Below are positions 19,415 through 29,427 of a stretch of 64,000 nt of DNA, in pieces. The DNA is taken from the NCBI GenBank assembly GCA_963650755.1, contig CAVJMH010000003.1, forward strand, positions 12,564-76,563, given 5' to 3'. A program made the position numbers and the translations under genes. How positions within the stretch are numbered: the stretch's first letter is position 1; every line of letters starts with the position of its first letter. Source of the DNA: Firmicutes bacterium TM09-10 (GTDB lineage Bacteria > Bacteroidota > Bacteroidia > Bacteroidales > UBA932). Under the pieces are notes generated by a model, which made no database searches, was not told the origin of the DNA, and worked only from the letters and a program-made list of their open reading frames with translations.

Positions 19415-19488
19415 TGACGCCTATAGGATTCAAACCTATGACCTTTTGATCCGTAGTCAAATGCTCTATTCAGCTGAGCTAAGGCGCC
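19415..19488 (-). tRNA. tRNA-Arg (ACG)
   Basis: Minus strand GGCGCCTTAGCTCAGCTGAATAGAGCATTTGACT-ACG-GATCAAAAGGTCATAGGTTTGAATCCTATAGGCGTCA folds as a cloverleaf. Confidence 0.95.
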
Positions 19489-19516
19489 ATTAATATCGGA
19501 GCGAACTCCGAATATC

Positions 19517-19891
19517 TTACTCTGTAGTCTTTACAGCAAGCTTCTTCTCACGAATACGAGCCTTCTTACCGGCAAGATCACGAAGATAGAAGATACGTGC
19601 GCGACGAACTTTACCTACCTTTACAAGCTCAATGCTCTCGATAAACGGTGACTCATAAGGGAAAATCCTCTCTACACCTACGCCGCTTGAAACCTTACGA
19701 ACTGTAAAAGTCCTCGTGAAAGGGCTGGCACCAGAAATCTGAATAACCACTCCCTTGAACTTCTGGAGACGTTCCTTATCACCTTCCTTAACCTTATAAG
19801 TTACAACGATGGTGTCACCAGCCTTGAACTCAGGGTACTGTGCAGCTTTATTCTGTGCGAAAGCCTGCTCTACAATTTTAATAGCATCCAT
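19517..19891 (-). CDS. rplS: 50S ribosomal protein L19
   Basis: [48 protein letters not shown]. Confidence 0.98.
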   Translation of the reverse strand: MDAIKIVEQAFAQNKAAQYPEFKAGDTIVVTYKVKEGDKERLQKFKGVVIQISGASPFTRTFTVRKVSSGVGVERIFPYESPFIESIELVKVGKVRRARIFYLRDLAGKKARIREKKLAVKTTE

Positions 19892-19913
19892 AATAAAAAA
19901 TCAACCTTAAAAC

Positions 19914-19946
19914 GCAGCATTGGTGAACCGTTCTCCAAGAGGCTAC
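19914..19946 (-). promoter_or_regulatory. Candidate structured rplS 5' leader
   Basis: Outer stem GUAGC/GCUGC encloses an inner hairpin UGGAGAA/UUCACCA. Lies between the TATCTTTG box (19959-19966) and the ATG. Confidence 0.5.
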
Positions 19947-19995
19947 CGATTGGGACTGCAAAGATATAAAGTTTTGTTTAATCCGCAAAATTATT

Positions 19996-21174
19996 TTAGA
20001 AAAACTTGGCTTCTTTTTCAAATATGGCTTTATCTTCCTTAGTCGGAGAAGGCACGGCTTCACCGCTGGACCTAAGAGACTCGAAAAGTTGCTTGTACTC
20101 TTTGGATAATTTGTGCGGTATCCAGACCAGAATCTTCACATACAAGTCACCCTTTCCATAGCTATTTACAGAAGGCAAGCCCTTACCGCGAAGCTTCTCC
20201 ACATATCCGCTCTGAGTACCAGGAGAAAGTTTCAATTTATATTCTCCGTCCAGGCAAGGAATTGCGACCTCACACCCAAGTACGGCATCTGCGACAGATA
20301 TGACCCTGGTATAAAACAAGTTTTCTCCCTCACGCTTAAGTTTAGCATGATCGAGCTGTTCTATGACCACAAGAAGATCTCCATTAACGCCACCCCACGG
20401 AGCACTATGGCCTTCACCACGCACTGTAATCTGCATTCCGGACTCCACTCCGGCAGGAATACGAACGCTAACCGTCTCTTTCACTCTCACAAGGCCGCTG
20501 CCAGAGCAACGTCTGCAAGGATTCGTTACTATCTGACCCGTACCGTTACAATTAGGGCACGTGCTGTACGAAATGCTTCTTCCGAAGAATGAATTGCTCA
20601 CCCTCTGAACCTGACCGGAGCCCTTACAGGTAGGACAAGTCTTTATATCCGAAGAATTCACCGCTCCCCTGCCGTTACAGTCCGGACAAGGACGCATACG
20701 CTCTATCGTAACATCTTTCGTGCAACCAGATGCTATCTCTTCAAGTGTAAGGTAAACTCTGGTTCTTATATCGCGCCCGCGAAGAGTATGTTTCTCGCTT
20801 TGACCTCCGCCAAACCCGCTTCCGAAGCCACTGAACCCGCTGAAGCCACCACCAAAGGCGCCTCCAAACAGATTATTAAGAATATCATTAAGACTGCCAA
20901 AACCCTGACTCCAATCCTGTGAAGCCCCGCCGTCAACACCAGCGAAACCGAATTGGTCATATTTAGCACGCTTGTCCTTATCACTCAACACGGAATACGC
21001 CTCCGAAGCTTCCTTGAATTTCTCTTCGGCGGTTTTCTTCTCGGCATCGGTGCCGTTAACCCAACGGTCAGGATGCCATTTGAGTGCACACTTTCTATAT
21101 GCCTGCTTTATATCATCTTCCGAAGCGCCCTTCTGTAAGCCAAGCACCTCGTAATAATCTCTTTTTTCTGCCAT
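19996..21174 (-). CDS. dnaJ: Chaperone DnaJ
   Basis: J domain with HPD, G/F-rich region, four CxxCxGxG repeats. Confidence 0.98.
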   Translation of the reverse strand: MAEKRDYYEVLGLQKGASEDDIKQAYRKCALKWHPDRWVNGTDAEKKTAEEKFKEASEAYSVLSDKDKRAKYDQFGFAGVDGGASQDWSQGFGSLNDILNNLFGGAFGGGFSGFSGFGSGFGGGQSEKHTLRGRDIRTRVYLTLEEIASGCTKDVTIERMRPCPDCNGRGAVNSSDIKTCPTCKGSGQVQRVSNSFFGRSISYSTCPNCNGTGQIVTNPCRRCSGSGLVRVKETVSVRIPAGVESGMQITVRGEGHSAPWGGVNGDLLVVIEQLDHAKLKREGENLFYTRVISVADAVLGCEVAIPCLDGEYKLKLSPGTQSGYVEKLRGKGLPSVNSYGKGDLYVKILVWIPHKLSKEYKQLFESLRSSGEAVPSPTKEDKAIFEKEAKFF

Positions 21175-21177
21175 AAA

Positions 21178-21780
21178 TTATTCTCCCACAACGACTTTAG
21201 CATAACGAAGAATCTTCCCGTTAAGAAGATAACCTGTCTGAATGACATCTATAACCTTTCCTTTCATATCAGGTGAAGGTGCCGGAAATTTGGTTACCGC
21301 ATCATGGAAATCAGTGTCAAAATTCTTTCCTTTAGCCTCTATCGCCTCCAGTCCCTTACCTTTCAGATAATCCATTAACTTATTATAGATAAGAAGGGTA
21401 CCCTCCTTGGCTACCGAATCAGTCTCCTTTTCGAGCATGCCAATAGCCCTCTCGCAGTCATCCAAAACAGGAAGAAGTCCCTTTATGACATCTGCGGAAG
21501 CGTTCGAAAGAAGCGAAAGCCTTTCCTCTGCACTGCGGCTGCGGAAAGTTTGAAATTCCGCCATCAAACGCAGATAGTCGTCATGCTCCTTGGACAATTT
21601 GTCATTAAGAGCATCTATCTGAGCCTGCTTCTCATCAAGTTTTTTCTCCTCTTTTCCAGCCTTCTTATCTTCTTTAGCCTCCTGCTTGGCTGCTTTCTTC
21701 TCCTCTTTCGTCGATTCCTTTTCCTCTGTAACGGCTTCCTCCGCCTGTTTTTTCGTATCTTTATCTTTACTCATAATCAT
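21178..21780 (-). CDS. grpE: Nucleotide exchange factor GrpE
   Basis: YLRLMAEF, LLPVLDD, FHDAV, GYLLNGKILRYAKVVV. Directly upstream of dnaJ. Confidence 0.97.
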   Translation of the reverse strand: MIMSKDKDTKKQAEEAVTEEKESTKEEKKAAKQEAKEDKKAGKEEKKLDEKQAQIDALNDKLSKEHDDYLRLMAEFQTFRSRSAEERLSLLSNASADVIKGLLPVLDDCERAIGMLEKETDSVAKEGTLLIYNKLMDYLKGKGLEAIEAKGKNFDTDFHDAVTKFPAPSPDMKGKVIDVIQTGYLLNGKILRYAKVVVGE

Positions 21781-21807
21781 TTTCCTTTATAAACCACGCC
21801 AAAGGCA

Positions 21808-21848
21808 TCAAAACCTCTGCCAATGAAACCTTGACTGACAAATTGGCA
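21808..21848 (-). promoter_or_regulatory. Sigma54-like box plus upstream imperfect palindrome before grpE-dnaJ
   Basis: Minus strand TGGCA-GAGGTT-TTGA (21808-21822) and TGCCA-ATT-TGTCA (21836-21848). Confidence 0.6.
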
Positions 21849-22844
21849 TCAATACAATAGCTGTCCACCTATGAATTCTCGCATTATGGATGTAGGAGGA
21901 ATGGCTGCTATATCTTTATCCGTGAGTGGAATGACAGGTTCAAGATAGCCTAATAGAGTCTGCGCCTCGTCATAAGCCTTCGAAGTGCTCGGAATTTGCT
22001 TCAATAGCGGGTCTGCGTAATACTTCAGAAGAGGCAAATCGTAAAGCGAAGAAGAATTGAACACCACATCGGCATTCTCCCGAAACGGGAATATGTTTTC
22101 AAACTCACCCCGACGGACATCAGGCCAACGAAGTATATTGTTCTCAGGAGAAATCCCGCGCGTGCGGTTATCCCTTACTATACGCCTTAGAAGCCTCTTG
22201 TCCGAAGAAGAATTATGCGGGCCGTTTTCTCCTTTAAGAACAGAAAGCGCTGACACATATATCTTGAAGAATTTTGACGGATCGAGATCGGGAGTAAGAG
22301 CCGGATTAAGCGCGTGAATTCCCTCCATAATAAGTATATCGGACTCTCCAAGCCGCATTTTCTTTCCGCTTGACAATCTCTTTCCAGTCGGAAAATCATA
22401 TTTCGGAAGTTCGACCTGTTCGCCGGAAAGAAGCGCCTTAAGGTGCCGGGAAAGAAGCTGTACATCCATAGCGGCGAGAGACTCAAAATCATATCTCCCA
22501 TCTGGAAGACGCGGATTCAGGTCTCTGTCCACAAAATAATTATCAAGTTCTATGACCTTAGGTTTAAGGCCTATCACCCTGCACTGCTGCGCTATTCTGA
22601 GCGACGACGAAGTCTTGCCGCTTGAAGACGGGCCCGAGATCATCACCACCCGGCATTCATCTTTTTTCCAAAAAATCTGATTAGCTATCTCAGCATATTT
22701 CCTTTCCTGACGGGCCTCACACAGATTGATAAGCGGAATTGCACGTCCCGCTTCCATAACATCGCGAAGTTTTTTCACTGTGTCTATGCCAATGGCCTCG
22801 CTCCAATCCGAATATTCTCTGGTCGCTGCTTCTACCTTAGTCAT
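21849..22844 (-). CDS. Nucleoside (uridine) kinase family protein
   Basis: Walker A GPSSSGKT, LDNYF, MEGIHALNP, RLLRRIVRD, SIMREFIGG. Confidence 0.88.
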   Translation of the reverse strand: MTKVEAATREYSDWSEAIGIDTVKKLRDVMEAGRAIPLINLCEARQERKYAEIANQIFWKKDECRVVMISGPSSSGKTSSSLRIAQQCRVIGLKPKVIELDNYFVDRDLNPRLPDGRYDFESLAAMDVQLLSRHLKALLSGEQVELPKYDFPTGKRLSSGKKMRLGESDILIMEGIHALNPALTPDLDPSKFFKIYVSALSVLKGENGPHNSSSDKRLLRRIVRDNRTRGISPENNILRWPDVRRGEFENIFPFRENADVVFNSSSLYDLPLLKYYADPLLKQIPSTSKAYDEAQTLLGYLEPVIPLTDKDIAAIPPTSIMREFIGGQLLY

Positions 22845-22899
22845 GACTCGGAAGCTGTTTTAAAATAATTTTTCTCTTTACTTACTCCGCCTCAACCTA

Positions 22900-24132
22900 T
22901 CAAAATATATAATTCAGCGCTATTGTAAGCCCCATAGGATACTCTTTGTGTCCGAGAACCTGAGCGGCCTCCACGCTGATTATGAAATTCTGATTCATCG
23001 CAAGTTTCAAGCCAGCACCGGCAGAGACAGCATACCTGTCCCCCACACCGAACACATCCTCACGATAAGCCCTTGACACATAACCTGCATCGAGGAAAGG
23101 ATTTGTAGCCAAATACCACGATTGGCCTATGAATTTAAAATCAAGCAGACGCGCACGCAATTCAAAATTTCCCCACAGATACCCTTCTCCGGTAAGACGG
23201 TTCTGAATGAGCCCGCGAACCGTATTAATCCCTCCGAGGCCTTCGGAACCTGTCTGCCTAAGATAAAGAGTGTAAATTACGGGGAGCATGTAAAAAGGAG
23301 TTTGCCCAAAGACAGTATCTTGATAACCAAGATGATAGGCAAACACGAGACGGTCTGTTCCGAAAAGCGACAGATATTGGCGGAAATGCGCCACAAGTTT
23401 AAGATAGCCACTCTCGACACCGAAAAGCCGCGGTGAGCCGTTTACGTAAGCCTCAGCCCAGATTCCCTTCGAAGGCGCAGCTTCCATGTCACGGGAGTCA
23501 TAGACAAGTCCGGCCTTGGCCTCAAGATGGCTTCCACCTGAAGCCTGCACTGAAGAAATAAGGCCCTCCCTAACATACTGATTATAAAGAGATGTGGAAG
23601 CAAGATATTTGTCCGACGTGAAATCCTGCGCCTTGAAGTTCCAGAATGAAGTTCCGGCTACCCAATTAACATTTTCAGCTATACGTCCCTGAAAATCAAG
23701 CAGAACCCGGAGCATTCCACGCTGAAAGTTATACCTCGCCGTCTTAGTGTCGGCATTGAGATCAAGGCTCTGTTCATACGACTGAGCACCGTTAAAGCCA
23801 TAGAAATAATATAGAGGATCATACTGATAGCTCACAGCACCGGTAACTCTCACTCCTGGGATAAGATGCTTACTGTCATATTGTGCGTGAAGCAGCGTCT
23901 GCCCCTTTGTATAACGCGAAGCCTCTACGTAAAAACGATGTTCGTATTCCGGAAAAAGCGACCCGTCTCCATAATAGAACACGTCGGCACATACGCCATA
24001 CTGAAATCCAAGATCGGAATTATACGACACGCACGGCAGCGGACCTATATTCCATCCGCATACCTTTTCCTGCGCCGATGCTTCTGCGCACAAAGCCACA
24101 AGACCGACAGCACAAATAAAAACCTTTTTCAT
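22900..24132 (-). CDS. Omp85/BamA-TamA family outer-membrane beta-barrel without POTRA domains
   Basis: Signal peptide, YNSDLGFQYG, YDSRD, LGGINTVRG, FLDAG, C-terminal Phe. Confidence 0.75.
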   Translation of the reverse strand: MKKVFICAVGLVALCAEASAQEKVCGWNIGPLPCVSYNSDLGFQYGVCADVFYYGDGSLFPEYEHRFYVEASRYTKGQTLLHAQYDSKHLIPGVRVTGAVSYQYDPLYYFYGFNGAQSYEQSLDLNADTKTARYNFQRGMLRVLLDFQGRIAENVNWVAGTSFWNFKAQDFTSDKYLASTSLYNQYVREGLISSVQASGGSHLEAKAGLVYDSRDMEAAPSKGIWAEAYVNGSPRLFGVESGYLKLVAHFRQYLSLFGTDRLVFAYHLGYQDTVFGQTPFYMLPVIYTLYLRQTGSEGLGGINTVRGLIQNRLTGEGYLWGNFELRARLLDFKFIGQSWYLATNPFLDAGYVSRAYREDVFGVGDRYAVSAGAGLKLAMNQNFIISVEAAQVLGHKEYPMGLTIALNYIF

Positions 24133-24134
24133 AT

Positions 24135-25448
24135 CTATCTCCTCCTTGAACGACGTCTTCCGTGACGATGATTCTTAGAATTGGTTGAAATCACGAAGAA
24201 CGCGGCGCCAGCTACTATGACAATCCCTATTATAACAAAAGTAAATGTGCCGGCCTGGCTGCCCTTAACATCCTGCCACATAGACAAGAGCTTTTCCGTA
24301 TCCTCTCCCCAGTCGTGCTCAAGGGCGCAATTTTCAATCACAGACTTATCCGGATAAAGTATAGGGTCCACTCTCACGGAAGAAGCGTCAGGGCCGAAAA
24401 AGTAAGACAAATCTACCGGCTCACAACTGTCATCTATCTGCGACTCAAGAACTTCCCACGCTCCATTTGAAGACACATAACCGGTTTCATCCATGTTACG
24501 GATAGCGATGTCGGGCCTGCTCATGAAATCAATGAAATAAGTGGCTGCCTTAACGTTCTTAGCATATTTTGGGATTACCCACCCGTCGAACCACACAGTA
24601 GAGCCCTCCACCGGCACCACATAATCCAGATTTACCCCTACCGAAGCCGCCTCATTGATGGCCCACACGGCATCACCGCTCCAGTTCAAAGACACATAAG
24701 CGCGTTCTTTCGTAAGCTGTTCCTTGCCCAAATCGGCCTCCCAGCCATACACCCCCGGCTTGCACTGTAGAAGATAATCCTTCACCATAGCGATGCTCTC
24801 ATCGGAAGAATCGTGCATGAGATCGGCAAGAGTAACTTTTCCGGATGCCAATTCTTTCTGCTTAAGGTAGATAAGTACCGGAGCATAGACATCGCGCGGC
24901 GCATCCTTTATGAGTATCTTGCCTGCAAATTTAGGGTTGCGTATAATATCCCACGTGGAAGCCTCTTCGCGTGTAACCTTATCAGAATTATAGATAATGC
25001 CTGTCGTTCCCCACATATAGGCCACAGAGTAAAGATTGGCATCGATATCAGGGTTAATCGAACGGAACATCTGCTCTATGAAAGAGGAACGGTTCTGCGC
25101 TATATAGTTAGGGGTATCGCCAAGACACTTGTAATCAATAGGTTGAAGAAGACCTTTATTAAGCATCCTTTCTATGATGTAATCGGAAGGACAGACCACG
25201 TCATAGTCCTCATGTCCCTTTTCTATTTTAGAAAGCATAGCCTCGTTCACGTCGAAAGTCATATAGATGACCTCCAGGCGCTCTCCGGTCTGCTCGAAAT
25301 ACCACTGTTTGAAATCGTCAAGTACCCCTTCGGCGATATAATCCGACCAGTTATACACTTTCAGGACATGGTTTCTGTCCTGCGCGGACAAACCAAGAGA
25401 GGCCAGCACAAAGGCCGAAAGAAAAAAACATCTGAAAAATCTTCTCAT
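24135..25448 (-). CDS. potD: Spermidine/putrescine ABC transporter substrate-binding protein
   Basis: YNWSDYI, YDVVCPSDY, YMWGTTGI, WSGDA, VWFDGWVIPK. C-terminal TM helix and Arg-rich tail. Confidence 0.92.
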   Translation of the reverse strand: MRRFFRCFFLSAFVLASLGLSAQDRNHVLKVYNWSDYIAEGVLDDFKQWYFEQTGERLEVIYMTFDVNEAMLSKIEKGHEDYDVVCPSDYIIERMLNKGLLQPIDYKCLGDTPNYIAQNRSSFIEQMFRSINPDIDANLYSVAYMWGTTGIIYNSDKVTREEASTWDIIRNPKFAGKILIKDAPRDVYAPVLIYLKQKELASGKVTLADLMHDSSDESIAMVKDYLLQCKPGVYGWEADLGKEQLTKERAYVSLNWSGDAVWAINEAASVGVNLDYVVPVEGSTVWFDGWVIPKYAKNVKAATYFIDFMSRPDIAIRNMDETGYVSSNGAWEVLESQIDDSCEPVDLSYFFGPDASSVRVDPILYPDKSVIENCALEHDWGEDTEKLLSMWQDVKGSQAGTFTFVIIGIVIVAGAAFFVISTNSKNHRHGRRRSRRR

Positions 25449-25451
25449 CGC

Positions 25452-26255
25452 TTAGTTTTGTTTTTGTTTTTTAAATGAATGTATGTTCACAAAGAAAAGA
25501 ACCATCAGCACGACCAAGAAAATGATGGTCATCATAGGTTTCAATTCCGGAGTAAGTCCGCTTTTACGCGCATCGGCGTAGATGAACGTGGACAGGGTCT
25601 CCAAGCCAGAAGAGCCTGCTGTAAAATATGTTACCGCGAAATCGTCCAGACTCATGGTAAATGCCAATATGAACCCGCTCACCATCCCGGGACGCAGCTG
25701 CGGAACCAGAACTTTCAGAAGCGCCTGCGCCGGAGTGGCTCCCAAGTCAAGGGCCGCTTCATATATGTTAGGATTGAGCTGGGAAAGTCGAGGAAGGACG
25801 TTGAGCACGACATAAGGGGTGCAAAACGTGATATGAGCCAGAACGACAGTTACATAGCCTTTACTTACGTGCAAGAACACGAAAAGAAGAAACAGCGACA
25901 CACCAGTTATGACATCCGGATTAAGCATAGGGATATTATTAAGGAATGTCATAGTCTTCTTCGCACGTCCTCTCATATTATATATGCCAATGGCGGCGAG
26001 CGTACCGAGCACCGTGGATACGGCAGATGCCATAAGTGCCACGAGCAGAGTGTTTTTCAGAGCACCCATAAGTGCTACCGAACCGGAATTGGCCCCGGTA
26101 AAGAGATTCTCATAAAGATGAAAGGTGAATCCCGTCCAGTTACCCAAGGATTTAGCCTCGGTGAAAGAGAACACCGCGATAAAAATGATGGGCAGGTAAA
26201 GCATAAGCAATACGAGCCACAGATAGCATTGAGCCAATATCTTTTTAGTTCTCAT
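25452..26255 (-). CDS. potC: Polyamine ABC transporter permease
   Basis: LYLPI, AHITFCTPYV, EAALDLGA (EAA loop), FTMSLDDF. Confidence 0.93.
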   Translation of the reverse strand: MRTKKILAQCYLWLVLLMLYLPIIFIAVFSFTEAKSLGNWTGFTFHLYENLFTGANSGSVALMGALKNTLLVALMASAVSTVLGTLAAIGIYNMRGRAKKTMTFLNNIPMLNPDVITGVSLFLLFVFLHVSKGYVTVVLAHITFCTPYVVLNVLPRLSQLNPNIYEAALDLGATPAQALLKVLVPQLRPGMVSGFILAFTMSLDDFAVTYFTAGSSGLETLSTFIYADARKSGLTPELKPMMTIIFLVVLMVLFFVNIHSFKKQKQN

Positions 26256-26997
26256 CCTTATCCTTTTGAAGCAATGTCGACAAACCTATAATGAGCAGCA
26301 TAACCAGAGACAATGCCGCCCCCTGATTCCACATCAGGTTATTAAACTGCTCCTGAATGATGGAGCCGAAAAGCTGTATCCTATTGTTAGTCAATATCTC
26401 CGATATGGCGAACGTAGAAACGGTAGGCATGAAAACCATCATCACCCCGCTCAACACTCCAGGAAGAGACAGAGGAAGCGTAACCTTTATGAACACCTTT
26501 GAAGGGCTCGCCCCCAGATCCTGTGCCGCCTCTATGTAGCTCTTGTCCATCTTACGAAGAGTGTTATAGATAGGATATATCATAAACGGCAGATAATCAT
26601 AGGCCAATCCGAAAAGAAGAGTCCCCTTTCCAAGGCCTATACCCAGCGAATTGAAAATCTCCGCAGTGGCGAGCGTCCGCATAAGAGCATTTATCCACAT
26701 AGGAAGGATAAACAGCACCACCGTAAAGGCAGACCTGTTAAGAGACTTGTCTGCAAGGATATATGCAGCGGGATAACCTACAAGAATGCAGATTATCGTA
26801 TTCTCCAGAGCCACCTCCAGAGATACCATAAATGAATTGACTATCTTAGGCTCCGTAAAGAAAGCCGTGATATTGGAAATCGTGAATGTGCCATCCGACG
26901 TACTGAATGCATAAAATGCTATCAGTATCAACGGCAAGACTACGAACAATACCAGAAAAACAAAATACGGGATAGCCCAACCGGATCTTTTAACCAT
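26245..26997 (-). CDS. potB: Polyamine ABC transporter permease
   Basis: [34 protein letters not shown]. Confidence 0.93.
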   Translation of the reverse strand: MVKRSGWAIPYFVFLVLFVVLPLILIAFYAFSTSDGTFTISNITAFFTEPKIVNSFMVSLEVALENTIICILVGYPAAYILADKSLNRSAFTVVLFILPMWINALMRTLATAEIFNSLGIGLGKGTLLFGLAYDYLPFMIYPIYNTLRKMDKSYIEAAQDLGASPSKVFIKVTLPLSLPGVLSGVMMVFMPTVSTFAISEILTNNRIQLFGSIIQEQFNNLMWNQGAALSLVMLLIIGLSTLLQKDKDEN

Positions 26998-28378
26998 CTA
27001 TCCTCGTGATTTTTATGTCTTCCGGGCGGATATTGATTCCCACCAGGTCGTTCTTATCCCACACATCCTGAGTGTCCACGAAAAGCGTGTAACCCGCAGT
27101 AGTCTTGACCTCCAGATGATAATGGTCTCCCTTATAAAGTATGTTACGTATGTGAGCCGACACTATGGCGTCCTGCTCGTCATCCATAAGGTCCACCTTG
27201 TCAAAGTCCACCAGCACTTTCACTTTGTCCCCCTTTTCAAGCCCGCATTCGGAGCACTCATACTCGTCATCAAGGAAAAGCACGGAAGTGGAAGAAGTCA
27301 TCTCGCCCTCGAACTCATTACAAAGAAGCTGCTTATGCATAACCTGTATGTCGCTCGGCTTGATTATGAGCCCCACCTCGCGTCCCACTTCGAAAGCATT
27401 ATAGTCCTGAATTACGAACTCGTAGCCTTTGTCGCTATCCACGAACATCTCGTAATGGACACCCTTGAATATGCACGAACGGACGGTAGCGGTAAACTGT
27501 GCCGCCTCCGTATTATACATTATATATATGTCTTCCGGACGTACCACCACATCTACAGGCTCGTTCGGGGCGAAGCCCTCATCCACGCATTCAAATTCGT
27601 GTCCGGCGAAAACGACCTTCCTGTCACAAGGCATAATCCCGTCCAAAATATTCGAGTCTCCAATAAAATCCGCCACAAAAGCGTTTTGAGGCTCGTTATA
27701 GATATCCGTCGGAGTGCCTATCTGCTGAATCCGGCCATCGTTAAACACCACGATAGTATCCGAAAGCGTAAGCGCTTCTTCCTGATCGTGAGTAACATAG
27801 ATGAATGTTATGCCCAACTGGCGATGCATCTCCTTAAGTTCTATCTGCATGTCCTTACGCATCTTAAGGTCAAGAGCGCTGAGCGGTTCGTCCAGAAGGA
27901 GCACCTTCGGCTGATTTACGATAGCGCGTGCTATGGCTATCCTCTGCTGCTGACCACCGGAAAGAGAATCCACGTCCCTGTCTTCATAATCGGTCATAGA
28001 GACAAGTTTAAGCACCTTCTCCACACGCCTATCTATCTCCTGTACGGGAAGTTTCTGAAGTTTCAGGCCAAAAGCCACATTATCATACACATCCAGATGC
28101 GGGAACAGCGCATACCTTTGAAACACGGTATTAAGCGGACGCTTATGAGGCGGAAGTTCAGAGATGTCCTTTCCTTCAAGAGTTATCACGCCCTCCGAAG
28201 GAGTAAGAAAACCTGCGATAAGACGCAACAAAGTGGTCTTTCCACAGCCTGAAGGCCCTAAAAAAGTAATGAATTCGCCACGCTTTATGTCGAGATTGAC
28301 ATCGTCAAGCACCTGTTTCTCTCCGAACCAATGAGACAAGTGTCTCAGACTGATGATAATATCTTCGTTATTTACCAT
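26990..28378 (-). CDS. potA: Polyamine ABC transporter ATP-binding protein with extended TOBE region
   Basis: [34 protein letters not shown]. Start ATG 28378 (MVNNEDII). Confidence 0.95.
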   Translation of the reverse strand: MVNNEDIIISLRHLSHWFGEKQVLDDVNLDIKRGEFITFLGPSGCGKTTLLRLIAGFLTPSEGVITLEGKDISELPPHKRPLNTVFQRYALFPHLDVYDNVAFGLKLQKLPVQEIDRRVEKVLKLVSMTDYEDRDVDSLSGGQQQRIAIARAIVNQPKVLLLDEPLSALDLKMRKDMQIELKEMHRQLGITFIYVTHDQEEALTLSDTIVVFNDGRIQQIGTPTDIYNEPQNAFVADFIGDSNILDGIMPCDRKVVFAGHEFECVDEGFAPNEPVDVVVRPEDIYIMYNTEAAQFTATVRSCIFKGVHYEMFVDSDKGYEFVIQDYNAFEVGREVGLIIKPSDIQVMHKQLLCNEFEGEMTSSTSVLFLDDEYECSECGLEKGDKVKVLVDFDKVDLMDDEQDAIVSAHIRNILYKGDHYHLEVKTTAGYTLFVDTQDVWDKNDLVGINIRPEDIKITRIDG

Positions 28379-29343
28379 TTCTTTCCAAATGAACAGATTA
28401 CACCTACACTGAACTGCCACGCCGGGTCCATAGGAACATTTCCGTACTTATATGCGCACAGAGCATGGAACCTGATATTCTCTTTAGGGGAAAATGAGGC
28501 CAATAAACCAGCCGTTCCCGTCTTCATATCCGCTTCTTTATTAAACTCAAAGTCTGTATAAAGACGTGTTTCCACCTTTTCTACGGGATAATAATCAACG
28601 CTTAACGCTACGGTTTTTCCTTCCATAAGCACTTCATCTTCACCCCCTACGACATTCTGAGCGTCGAGAGTGAATGAAAGAGCGTCTGTGGCATCGACCT
28701 TCAGTCCGGCGCTACAGGTGTTGAGTTCCTCCCCTACGCCAGTGGCGAAAAGATTATACGCGATGCGGAACGATACCGGACCTTCTTCCCTTATGGCACG
28801 CAGTCCGAACGCATACAAGCCGCTTGTAAAGAACCTTTCGCCGAAAGGAGAAGTCGTAAAAGCCGCCTCCAGAGTGCGGACCTCGTCGAAACTGTAAGAA
28901 GCAGATATGCCCCACTGATAGGCATTCATATTATTCCACACCGACGATGCGAACGGAAAATGTATATTGTAATCATATTCATCGAACTCATGAGTACCCC
29001 ATAAAACAGGCATCTTGCCGAGATTGATACCCCAGTTACCGGACGAATAAGTAAGATACGACCAATCGAGCCAATTCACGTTATCCGAATGAAATGTACT
29101 GCTGTACAAATCCTTAGGAACTGAACTTAGCCAATGGTTAGAAATGCTGTAAGAAAAATGCTCTGAAATGGAACCATCCAGAAACGTGTAAAGAGATGTG
29201 TTGCCAAGAGGGTCAGACGAAAGATATTCGGCCCTGGCAATTACAGACAGCTCGGCAGCACCACTCCCGAGTTCGTCAGCCTCTTGCGAGTACGCAAGGA
29301 AGCAGGGCAGCAACATGGCTGCGATAACGAGTGATTTGTTCAT
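28372..29343 (-). CDS. Putative outer-membrane porin (OprO/P-like beta-barrel)
   Basis: Signal peptide from ATG 29343, aromatic amphipathic strands ([24 protein letters not shown]), acidic composition. Stop overlaps the potA start. Confidence 0.65.
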   Translation of the reverse strand: MNKSLVIAAMLLPCFLAYSQEADELGSGAAELSVIARAEYLSSDPLGNTSLYTFLDGSISEHFSYSISNHWLSSVPKDLYSSTFHSDNVNWLDWSYLTYSSGNWGINLGKMPVLWGTHEFDEYDYNIHFPFASSVWNNMNAYQWGISASYSFDEVRTLEAAFTTSPFGERFFTSGLYAFGLRAIREEGPVSFRIAYNLFATGVGEELNTCSAGLKVDATDALSFTLDAQNVVGGEDEVLMEGKTVALSVDYYPVEKVETRLYTDFEFNKEADMKTGTAGLLASFSPKENIRFHALCAYKYGNVPMDPAWQFSVGVICSFGKKW

Positions 29344-29427
29344 TTTTAAGTACCATAAAATGAATTTTGGTTCAACTTCATTTCGTTGCAAATTCGCGAC
29401 GACAAGTCCTTGCTGATATTTGCGGTG

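Noticed and set aside
19428..19434. tRNA-Arg T-loop reads TTTGAAT rather than TTCGAAT
   Set aside because: The cloverleaf is otherwise intact, and I recall this variant as common in Bacteroidota tRNA-Arg(ACG). Not evidence of a pseudogene.
15957..19488. Possible island between tRNA-Thr and tRNA-Arg
   Set aside because: No integrase or duplicated tRNA 3' end, and the interval contains the core SRP RNA gene.
24813..26291. 221 aa and 270 aa + strand ORFs
   Set aside because: Antisense to potD/potC and not protein-like.
27116..28252. 378 aa + strand ORF
   Set aside because: Antisense shadow of potA with no recognisable motifs.
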